A DNA stretch of 64,000 bases from contig CBDDGG010000003.1 of NCBI GenBank assembly GCA_965227755.1, positions 220,742 through 284,741 of the forward strand, in the 5' to 3' direction. The notes under the pieces were generated by a model, which searched no databases, had not been told where the DNA came from, and worked only from the letters and a program-made list of their open reading frames with translations. The translations under genes were made by a program, and so were the position numbers. Below, piece after piece: positions 45,296 through 53,470 of the stretch (positions are counted from its first letter, which is position 1; the number at the start of each line of letters is the position of its first letter). This DNA comes from Dyadobacter sp. (GTDB taxonomy: Bacteria > Bacteroidota > Bacteroidia > Cytophagales > Spirosomataceae).

Positions 45296-45406
45296 CATTT
45301 CCGGTTGGCCGGTTTGTGATACATAAGTTTTTCGAAAAAAAATGGAGATCCGCTTGGGACTTTTTAGGGAGTTTCTGCACTGGTTAATAAACAGCGTTTT
45401 ATAAAC

Positions 45407-46417
45407 ATGTCAAGCGGAAATAGGAATAAGTTCAGGTCGATCGTCGCGAAGTACCTCAGAGGACGTGCCGATGAGGAAGAGACGGACATGATCGAAAAGT
45501 ACTATGAGCTTTTTGCCGGGAAACCCGATCAGCTATCCAGGCTGTCGGAAGAAGAGCAGGCCGATGTACATGAAAGAATGAAAGGAAATATAACCAGGCG
45601 CATCGCTGCCCGGCCCGCAAGGTCGCGGCCGCTCCTGGGAGGCGTGTTCTGGCGTATGGCGGCGGCAGTCCTTATTCTGATAGGCGCAGGCTGGGTTTTC
45701 TTTGTCGTAAGGGAACCGCGAGATTCCGGAGTCATCCTTACAACCGTCGGCAAGGTAACGCACCGGTCGGTGAAAGGGCAAACGAAATTCGTGGTACTGC
45801 CCGATGGGAGCCGGATCGTTTTACATGGCGATACGCAGATTGAGTACGACCGGGATTTTAACAACAAAACCAGGGACGTATCGCTCACCGGAGAGGCCTA
45901 TTTTGATGTAATACAGTTAAATACGGATGGTCGAAAGCCGGTGCCTTTTGTGATCAGGACCGGGAAAATCAAGACCACGGTCCTCGGGACTGCATTCAGC
46001 ATTAAATCACTTCCTTCCGAAAGTGAAGTGGTAGTGACGGTTACCAGGGGTAAGGTGCGGGTAGATGACGGTGGAAAGCATACGAGTTTGCTGACCGCGA
46101 ACGAGCAGATGACCTACAACACCCATACCACCGTTGCCGACGAAAAGGTTGTGAAGTCGCAGGAGCTTACCGCCTGGGTACAGGCCGATATGGTGTTTCA
46201 GGAAATGCCTTTCGGAGAGCTGGCTGAAATGCTGGCGGAACGCTACGGGGTGAGAATAGCTTTTCAAAACCCGCAATTGCAAAACTGCCTGATTACCGGG
46301 CGGTTTTCAGGGACGGAAACCCTGGAAGAAGTCTTTAAGGTACTGACGCTAACCAGCAATACGAAATATGCCCTGGAAGGCGGCGAACTGGTGCTAAGTG
46401 GAGAAGGATGCCGCTAA
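45407..46417 (+). CDS. FecR-family transmembrane anti-sigma factor / sensor
   Basis: 336-aa ORF with TM MAAAVLILIGAGWVFFVV. FecR-domain pattern: VVLPDGSRIVLHGDTQIEY ... VSLTGEAYFDV ... TTVLGTAFSI. Confidence 0.9.
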   Translation: MSSGNRNKFRSIVAKYLRGRADEEETDMIEKYYELFAGKPDQLSRLSEEEQADVHERMKGNITRRIAARPARSRPLLGGVFWRMAAAVLILIGAGWVFFVVREPRDSGVILTTVGKVTHRSVKGQTKFVVLPDGSRIVLHGDTQIEYDRDFNNKTRDVSLTGEAYFDVIQLNTDGRKPVPFVIRTGKIKTTVLGTAFSIKSLPSESEVVVTVTRGKVRVDDGGKHTSLLTANEQMTYNTHTTVADEKVVKSQELTAWVQADMVFQEMPFGELAEMLAERYGVRIAFQNPQLQNCLITGRFSGTETLEEVFKVLTLTSNTKYALEGGELVLSGEGCR

Positions 46418-46492
46418 ATTGACTGATAACTAAATTCTTATGAAACAGAACGCCAACCACCCCGGCCGGGCCCCGTAGCTGCCCGGTGACTA

Positions 46493-46534
46493 TATAAAAA
46501 AGCTCCCCGGCCTTGGACAGCAATAGGGAGCTTT
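46493..46534 (-). terminator. minus-strand intrinsic-terminator-like hairpin + T-tract in the FecR-susC gap
   Basis: The minus strand reads AGCTCCC-(18-nt loop)-GGGAGCT followed by TTTTTATATA. The 7-bp stem is 46501-46507/46526-46532, with an A-run at 46496-46501 on the plus strand. The plus-strand side has only TTT after the stem. Confidence 0.4.
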
Positions 46535-46565
46535 GAATAGAAAATTCGCAATACAAATTTCTAGA
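46493..46565 (-). ncRNA. candidate cis-antisense sRNA (DonS-like) opposite the susC 5' leader
   Basis: A minus-strand TATATTTG box (46578-46571) lies ~35 nt upstream of the hairpin/T-tract. The -33 element is weak (TCTG, 22-nt spacer). Predicted length is ~70 nt. No expression data. Confidence 0.25.
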
Positions 46566-46655
46566 CAATACAAATATATGAAAAAACCTATATCCGTAGG
46601 CAGAAGAACTGTGCCTATCCGGCAAGGTATCTTGTGCCGATATCTTTGCAATTTA

Positions 46656-49600
46656 ATGAAGATCAGCGTTTACGGTGTCGGCCTTATCATCATGGCAACC
46701 CAACTGCTGCTGGCAGGGGTGAGCGGCGCGCAAGATATCCGGGAAGCCAATGTAACCATTGGTTTGGAAAAGTCTTCTTTAAGGGAAGCGCTTCAAAAGC
46801 TTCAACAGGAATCGGGATACAATATCTTCTACCTTTCAAAGGCCGTCTCGCCGTTTGACAACATAACGCTTCGAAGGGAGCCACGGACCGTCCAGAAAAC
46901 GCTGGAATTGATCCTGGACCGAACGAACCTGGCCTTCCGGCAGGAGGGCAAGAATATAATTCTGACGGAACGTGAGGTGCTCATTCCCGAATCCAAAACG
47001 AGAACGCCCGTCAGAGGTAAGGTAACCGACAAGGACGGGCAGGGGCTGCCGGGGGTAAGCGTTATTATCAAAGGGACCAGTCACGGGACCATTACCGACC
47101 AGAATGGGATTTATAATCTGGATTTTGAGGAAGATAACCCGGTGCTCATATTCAGTTTTGTCGGCTACGTAGCCCAGGAGCTGGAAGTCGGGAAACGGGA
47201 AGTGCTCGACGTGGTGCTGGCGACGGACGAAAAAGCGCTGGAAGAGGTGGTAGTGGTAGGGTATGGCACCCAGAAAAAGGTGAACCTGACCGGCGCCGTA
47301 AGCAATGTGACCGGCTCCGAGCTGACCACCCGGCAGGCGCCCAATACCACTTCGCTGTTACAGGGAAGAATGCCCGGCGTGCAGGTGACGCAGAATTCGG
47401 GGCAGCCGGGCGCTGAAAACGCCAGCATACAGATCCGCGGGCAGGGAACTTTTAGCGGGGCAGGTAACGACCCGCTCATATTGATCGATGGGGTGGAAGG
47501 CAATCTGAACAACGTCAACCCCAACCAGATCGAAAGCATTTCGGTATTAAAGGATGCGGCGTCGGCGGCAATTTACGGGTCACGGGCAGCGAACGGGGTC
47601 ATTCTGGTGACTACCAAAACCGGTACGGCCGGAAGACTGAATGTCGATTACAGCTACAACTTCGGCAGCCAGAGAGCTACTTCCGTCTACGACAGGATCA
47701 CCAACTCGGTGCAGTTCATGGAGCTGCTCAACAAGGCCATTGCCCACACCGGGACGAATGCGAATCAGCTCTACACGCCCGCACAAATTGAAGAATATCG
47801 CCAGGGAAGCATTACCAATCCTGCCCAGTACCCGAGCTATGACTGGATGGACGCGATTTTCCGGACTTCTCCGATGCAGCAGCATTATCTGAGCGTGAAC
47901 GGCGGCAAGGAAAATACGACTTACAATTTCGGGGCGGGCTATCTCAACCAGGACGGCATCCTTATCGCGACAGGCTACAAGCGGTATGATGCCCAGTTTA
48001 ATTTCAAGACAAGCCTTAACAAGAAAATTACCTTCGGGACCAACCTGGCTTTTTCGAAAGGAGACCGGAATGAGACCGCATTGAATACCGTTTTTGACGG
48101 GAATTCGACCGAGGACCAGATTCTGAGCGCATTGGCGGCACACCCTACATTTACGCCGAAGCTGCCCGATGGAAGTGGTCGGTATGCAGCCAAAGCCTAC
48201 ATACAGGAGGGTGGCAACAAAAACCCCGTCGCCCTCGCTGAAAACGGTGGAAGGTACATCAGGAATTACTACGCGCTGGCATCGGCATTTTTGGACGTGG
48301 ATATTTTCCCGGGCTTGAAAGGGCAGATCAAAGGCGCTGTGAAATTCAACGACAGGCAAACCAAAGTGCATGTCGTGGGAATTCCGGCATATATGTTTTT
48401 GCCGGACGCCAACGGCCAATACCTCTACAATACGCAGTGGAATGGGACGGTCGGTGAAAACAACCTGACCGTCAGAAAAGAAAACGATGTGCAATACACC
48501 GTGTTCGGAACTTTGAACTACACGAAGAAAATCGGGGAGAATCACAACCTGAATGCATTGCTGGGCGTCAGTCAGGAAACCTTCCGGTACGATCGCTTGC
48601 AGGCTTTCAAACGGAATGCTCCGTCGAACGATCTCCTCGAACTGGGAGGCTATTCTCCCGGCGGGCAGCTCGCCGACGGTCTGGCTTATGAGTGGGCGCT
48701 TCAATCCGTATTCGGGCGGACGAGCTACAACTATAAAGAGAAATATCTGCTCGAAGGGAATTTCCGGTACGACGGTTCGTCGCGCTTCCCGAAAGGTAAC
48801 AAATGGGGCTTTTTTCCGTCGGCGTCGGCGGGATGGAGGATCTCGGAAGAGCAGTTTTTGAAACAAGTGAGCTGGTTGGAAAGCCTCAAGGCGCGGGCGT
48901 CGTGGGGGCAGGTCGGAAACCAGAACGTGAACCGGTCCCTGGGCGGTGAATCCATGCCCTACCCGTATCAGCAGGTGCTCAATCCGGTGGTGTACAATAT
49001 CGGGGGCTCATTGCAGCAAGGCGTGACGCAGACAGACCTTATCAACCGCAATATTACCTGGGAGACCACGACAGTAACCGATATTGGCGTTGATTTTGGC
49101 CTTTTCAGGGCATCGGTGTTCGGGAGTATCGACTGGTATTCCAAAAAGACCACGAACATCCTGCGGCCATTGCAGGTACCTGACTTTATCGGCGTGGCGG
49201 GGCCGACGGTCAATCTGGGGGAAATGAGCAATACAGGTGTTGAAATTTCATTGGGTTACCAAAACAGGATCAAGGATTTTCGATACAAGGTCCAGGGGAA
49301 TTTTGAAACCTACAAAAACAAGGTTATAAAGTTCGGCGCCCGTGAGGTCAACAACGGCAATGGTACGGTAACCCAGGAGGGGCTGCCCTACAACTCTTAT
49401 TTTATGTACGTTTTTGACGGCATTTACCAGAATCAGGGCGAAATTGACAACGGGCCGACCCCGCTGGTAAAGCCCAAACCCGGCGACATGAAGTACCGAG
49501 ACATCAGCGGGCCGAATGGCGTGCCGGATGGGAAGATTACTACCGATGACCGCATGGTCGTCAGCGGCGCCTTCCCCAAGTTTAACTACGGACTGACCTT

Positions 49601-50054
49601 CAACGCGGATTACAAGAACTTTGACTTCGGTATTTTCCTCCAAGGCGTGGAAGGACGTAAGATTTACATCAAGGAGTGGGGGATCGCCCCCTTCAGACAA
49701 GCGGGCCCGCCTCCGACATTCTGGGAAAAGGCCTGGGACGGCGAAGGCACTTCCAACACGATCCCGCACATTTTTAATGAAAATTACGCGCCTAATACCC
49801 AGGTATCCGACTGGTGGCTGCAAGATGCTTCCTATTTGAGGTTGAAGAACTTTCAGCTGGGGTACAGCTTCCCGGCGAAGCTGATCAACCGCGTGAAGAT
49901 CCAGATGCTCAGACTGTACGTGTCCGGAGATAACCTGGTGACATTCACCAAGTTTTTTAAAGGGATCGATCCCGAACGGGCCGCGGCAAGCGGCAGAGCG
50001 GCTATTTATCCGCAGGCTAGGATTTATTCATTTGGTGTTAAAGTCACATTTTAA
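46656..50054 (+). CDS. SusC-type TonB-dependent receptor with N-terminal STN domain
   Basis: Preferred start is the ATG at 46656 (MKISVYGVGLIIMATQLLLAGVSGAQD). STN-like: LREALQKLQQESGYNIFYL. CarboxypepD_reg: VRGKVTDKDGQGLPGVSVIIKGTSHGTITDQNGIYNLDF. Plug: EEVVVVGYGTQKKVNLTGAVS. The barrel ends ...ARIYSFGVKVTF. Confidence 0.9.
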   Translation: MKISVYGVGLIIMATQLLLAGVSGAQDIREANVTIGLEKSSLREALQKLQQESGYNIFYLSKAVSPFDNITLRREPRTVQKTLELILDRTNLAFRQEGKNIILTEREVLIPESKTRTPVRGKVTDKDGQGLPGVSVIIKGTSHGTITDQNGIYNLDFEEDNPVLIFSFVGYVAQELEVGKREVLDVVLATDEKALEEVVVVGYGTQKKVNLTGAVSNVTGSELTTRQAPNTTSLLQGRMPGVQVTQNSGQPGAENASIQIRGQGTFSGAGNDPLILIDGVEGNLNNVNPNQIESISVLKDAASAAIYGSRAANGVILVTTKTGTAGRLNVDYSYNFGSQRATSVYDRITNSVQFMELLNKAIAHTGTNANQLYTPAQIEEYRQGSITNPAQYPSYDWMDAIFRTSPMQQHYLSVNGGKENTTYNFGAGYLNQDGILIATGYKRYDAQFNFKTSLNKKITFGTNLAFSKGDRNETALNTVFDGNSTEDQILSALAAHPTFTPKLPDGSGRYAAKAYIQEGGNKNPVALAENGGRYIRNYYALASAFLDVDIFPGLKGQIKGAVKFNDRQTKVHVVGIPAYMFLPDANGQYLYNTQWNGTVGENNLTVRKENDVQYTVFGTLNYTKKIGENHNLNALLGVSQETFRYDRLQAFKRNAPSNDLLELGGYSPGGQLADGLAYEWALQSVFGRTSYNYKEKYLLEGNFRYDGSSRFPKGNKWGFFPSASAGWRISEEQFLKQVSWLESLKARASWGQVGNQNVNRSLGGESMPYPYQQVLNPVVYNIGGSLQQGVTQTDLINRNITWETTTVTDIGVDFGLFRASVFGSIDWYSKKTTNILRPLQVPDFIGVAGPTVNLGEMSNTGVEISLGYQNRIKDFRYKVQGNFETYKNKVIKFGAREVNNGNGTVTQEGLPYNSYFMYVFDGIYQNQGEIDNGPTPLVKPKPGDMKYRDISGPNGVPDGKITTDDRMVVSGAFPKFNYGLTFNADYKNFDFGIFLQGVEGRKIYIKEWGIAPFRQAGPPPTFWEKAWDGEGTSNTIPHIFNENYAPNTQVSDWWLQDASYLRLKNFQLGYSFPAKLINRVKIQMLRLYVSGDNLVTFTKFFKGIDPERAAASGRAAIYPQARIYSFGVKVTF

Positions 50055-50065
50055 TCGGTATTGCT

Positions 50066-51532
50066 ATGACAACCAGATATGTAAAAAACATATTCCTATT
50101 GCTGTTGACTACGGCAGTGTTCGCCTGCAAGGACACACTGGATACCAATCCGCTCGGCAACCCCAACTCTGAAAATTTCTGGAAAACGGAGACGGAAGCG
50201 AACAAGGCCCTGATCGCGTGCTATGCGAAGCTCAAAGAGCCCATTATATCAAACGGCCCGGCCCAGAGCGGAAACTCCCTCTTTTGGGAGGCCCTATCCG
50301 ACAATGCTTCCAATACCTCCAATTACGAGTCGTTCGATGTCGTGATGAGAGGAGAACACAATTCGGCGACTACCGGCATTGTCAGCAAATCGTTTACCAT
50401 CGGGTTCCAGGGCATCGCCGCGTGCAACTATTTTCTGGCCAACATCGATCGGGTAACGGCTACTACCGATGCCGTTCGCAACCGCATGAAAGGAGAAGCA
50501 TTGTTCCTGAGAGCGTTTTACTACAACGACCTCACCCAGCTTTACGGGGACCTGCCGCTTATCCTGAAACCGGCTGAGCTGGACGATAATCTCAGGGCAA
50601 CGCCACGAACGCCTAAAACAGAGGTGGTAGCGCAGATACTCAAAGACCTGGACCTTGCCATCTCATACCTGCCCGCGAATGCATATACCGATGGGCGTGC
50701 AGTGAAAGGATCGGCGATTGCATTGAAAACGAGGGTATTGCTGAACAACGAGCGGTACGGCGAGGCTGCCGATGCGGCATGGAGCTTAATCGGGGATGCG
50801 GCCAACCCGTTCAGGCTTTCGGACAACTATGCCGGGATATTCTTTGGAAACCAGATCGGGAACCGCGAGATCATGTTTTCTGTCCAGTTCAAAGCCCCGG
50901 ACGACTTCCATTCGCTCGATCAGATCATCGGGGCCAGGATGTCGGTTTTTCCCACGCTGGAACTCCGGGATGCTTATGAGCCCAACGATCCGCGCAGGAA
51001 AATGACCATTTTCGAAGCAGGAGATCCATGGGCATATAATCCGGCCGGCTTTAAGCAAACCGGAAGCCTTGCGGAAGGACAAATACCGTACACCGGCATG
51101 GCTTTCAGGAAATGGGTGAATACGGCGATCAACAATGGATCGGGCTCGACGCTGAGCGAGCAGCATATGGTGAAGATCCGCTACGCCGACCTGCTCCTGA
51201 TGTATGCCGAGGCCATGTTTGAAAGCGGAAAGGGAAGCGATGCCAATGCGCTAAAAGCGTTGAACGATGTGCGGGCAAGGCCGGGAGTTGCAATGCCCGC
51301 CAAACCGGCCCTCACGCGCGACGTGATCAGAAACGAGCGCAGGGTTGAGCTTGCCTTCGAAGGCTTGCGCTATAACGATCTGGTGCGTTGGAAGATAGCC
51401 GAAAAGGTTATCCCGCAGGTCGCCTACGATGCCAAAGGCACAAAAAGAAAATTCAAAGCCTACCTTCTGCCAATCCCGTTGGCCCAAATGGATATTATGA
51501 GAGGCGTGTGGACACAAAACGAAAATTATTGA
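50066..51532 (+). CDS. SusD/RagB-family outer-membrane lipoprotein
   Basis: 488-aa ORF, 11 nt after susC. Lipobox VFAC. SusD-type pattern: RAFYYNDLTQLYGDLPL ... RYADLLLMYAEAMFESG ... ERRVELAFEGLRYNDLVRW. Confidence 0.9.
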   Translation: MTTRYVKNIFLLLLTTAVFACKDTLDTNPLGNPNSENFWKTETEANKALIACYAKLKEPIISNGPAQSGNSLFWEALSDNASNTSNYESFDVVMRGEHNSATTGIVSKSFTIGFQGIAACNYFLANIDRVTATTDAVRNRMKGEALFLRAFYYNDLTQLYGDLPLILKPAELDDNLRATPRTPKTEVVAQILKDLDLAISYLPANAYTDGRAVKGSAIALKTRVLLNNERYGEAADAAWSLIGDAANPFRLSDNYAGIFFGNQIGNREIMFSVQFKAPDDFHSLDQIIGARMSVFPTLELRDAYEPNDPRRKMTIFEAGDPWAYNPAGFKQTGSLAEGQIPYTGMAFRKWVNTAINNGSGSTLSEQHMVKIRYADLLLMYAEAMFESGKGSDANALKALNDVRARPGVAMPAKPALTRDVIRNERRVELAFEGLRYNDLVRWKIAEKVIPQVAYDAKGTKRKFKAYLLPIPLAQMDIMRGVWTQNENY

Positions 51533-51544
51533 GGACTGAGAATC

Positions 51545-53425
51545 ATGTTTGGTATACAAAAAATAATGGTGCTGATACTTTTAGCATCCATCCGGCTATT
51601 GGCCGCAAGCGACCTTACTGTTAAGAGTCCTGATAATAAAATCGCATTCCACGTTTTTATAAAGAGCGATTCCCTGTTCTATCGCATTTCCTACGAAAAC
51701 AGGGACGTTATCGAAGCCTCGCCAATCCGGCTGTCGCTGGACGCAAAAGCGATTACCGACAAGGTGAGGATCGGTAAGGCAGCCAACTATCAGCTGAACG
51801 AAGCATATCCCTGGTACGGAGCGCATTCGGCGGCCAGGAACCATTGCAACGGCTCGAAAATCGGCATAAGCCGCGGCGCATTGCATTACACACTTGATGT
51901 ACGGGTGTTTGACGATGGTGCGGCATTCCGGCTGGTCGTCCCTGGGGAACCGGATGCAAAACGCATTGCCGACGAGTCCACCGTTTTCAGGCTGCCCGCC
52001 GGGACCACCGCCTGGTACCACGATCTTTACATGCATTATGAAGGAGAATACGCCCGGAAAGACATCGATACCTTGAAAGCCGGACAATGGGCCGCGCCTT
52101 CGGTGACATTCCGGTTGCCCGGGAGCCAGATTTACCTGTCGGTGACGGAGGCGGACCTCAAAAATTACGGCGGGATGGCCTTGCAGACGGATGGTAACCG
52201 GGGCATGGTGTTAAGGTTGCCTCAAAGCCAGCCCACTTCTTACCCGTTTAAGTTGCGGTACAGCGCCGAGGATGTGCTCAGGCTTTCTCAACCGGCTACC
52301 ATCGCCGGGTCGGTCATCACCCCGTGGCGGGTCGTTATCGTCGCCAACGGGCTGAATGCGCTGGTAAACAACGACATCGTCCATAACCTGTGCCCGCCAC
52401 CGGATCCGAAACTATTCCCTCAGGGCATCAAGACAGACTGGATCCAGCCAGGCGCCGCAGTGTGGAAGTATCTCGATGGCGGCGGCGAAGGCACACTGGA
52501 AACTATGAAGGAATACTCCCGGCAGGCATCCGAGCTCGGTTTCAAGCATAATATCCTGGAAGGTTTCTGGAAAAAATGGTCTGACGCCGACTTGAAATCC
52601 CTGGTGGACTATTCACGCGAAAAGGGCGTTCATATCTGGCTATGGGAGCATTCCAAAAACCTCAGGGATACGAAAACCCGTCAGGCGTTTTTCAGTCATT
52701 GCCATGATCTGGGTATCAGTGGTTTAAAGATCGATTTCTTCGACCATGAGGCCAAAGAAGAAATTGATTTGTACCAGTCGATCCTGCGCGAAACGGCGGA
52801 ACTGAAAATCATGGTCGACTTTCACGGAGCTAATAAACCGACCGGCCAGGAGCGTACCTGGCCCCATGAGCTCACCCGTGAAGCAGTGAAGGGAATGGAA
52901 GCCAGTAAGTTGAAAGACAGGGCCGGGCATAACGTCACGTTGCCGTTTACGCGCTTTGCGGCCGGGCACGCCGAATACACGCCTGTTCATTTCGGTGAGC
53001 GCCGGAAAAACACGACCTGGGCGCACCAGATCGCCAGTGCCGCTATTTTCTCTGCCCCATTACTTACCTACTCGGCCAGTCCGGAGCATTTGCTGACTAA
53101 CCCAGCCGTCGGGATGATCAAAAGCATTCCGTCCGTGTGGGATGAGACGATCGTATTGCCGGGTTCCGCGATCGGAGAGGCAGCCGTGTATGCGCGCCGG
53201 AGCGGAACGAGCTGGTTTCTGGCTGTGATGAACGGGGCTATGCCAAAGCACATTGATATTTCCCTGGCTTTCCTGGGGGAAGGCAATTTCAACGCTTCGG
53301 AAGTAAGGGATGCGGACGGCAACCCGGCGGGCGTCGGACTTGGAAAAGGAAGCTACGATAAAAATAGGACCATACGGCTGGACCTCGCCGAAGGCGGAGG
53401 CTTCATCGCAAAATTCGACCGCTGA
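51545..53425 (+). CDS. glycoside hydrolase family 97 (alpha-glucosidase/alpha-galactosidase type)
   Basis: 626-aa ORF. GH97-like N-terminus: LTVKSPDNKIAFHVFIKSDSLFYRISYENRDVIEASPIRL. Catalytic region: GLKIDFFDHEAKEEIDLYQSILRETAELKIMVDFHGANKPTGQERTWPHELTREAVKGMEA. Confidence 0.8.
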   Translation: MFGIQKIMVLILLASIRLLAASDLTVKSPDNKIAFHVFIKSDSLFYRISYENRDVIEASPIRLSLDAKAITDKVRIGKAANYQLNEAYPWYGAHSAARNHCNGSKIGISRGALHYTLDVRVFDDGAAFRLVVPGEPDAKRIADESTVFRLPAGTTAWYHDLYMHYEGEYARKDIDTLKAGQWAAPSVTFRLPGSQIYLSVTEADLKNYGGMALQTDGNRGMVLRLPQSQPTSYPFKLRYSAEDVLRLSQPATIAGSVITPWRVVIVANGLNALVNNDIVHNLCPPPDPKLFPQGIKTDWIQPGAAVWKYLDGGGEGTLETMKEYSRQASELGFKHNILEGFWKKWSDADLKSLVDYSREKGVHIWLWEHSKNLRDTKTRQAFFSHCHDLGISGLKIDFFDHEAKEEIDLYQSILRETAELKIMVDFHGANKPTGQERTWPHELTREAVKGMEASKLKDRAGHNVTLPFTRFAAGHAEYTPVHFGERRKNTTWAHQIASAAIFSAPLLTYSASPEHLLTNPAVGMIKSIPSVWDETIVLPGSAIGEAAVYARRSGTSWFLAVMNGAMPKHIDISLAFLGEGNFNASEVRDADGNPAGVGLGKGSYDKNRTIRLDLAEGGGFIAKFDR

Positions 53426-53470
53426 TGGTGCGTCGGCATTTTGCGAAGCATTCATATTAAAAACGAAATC

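Noticed and set aside
47580-48866. 428-aa minus-strand ORF, together with similar ones at 38981-39856, 53516-54307, 54344-55180, 33163-33738, 34441-35262 and 26468-27253
   Set aside because: All are antisense to genes with strong family signatures (SusC, SusD, GH95-like, sigma, FecR). All have low-complexity, Arg-rich translations. They are treated as non-coding shadows.
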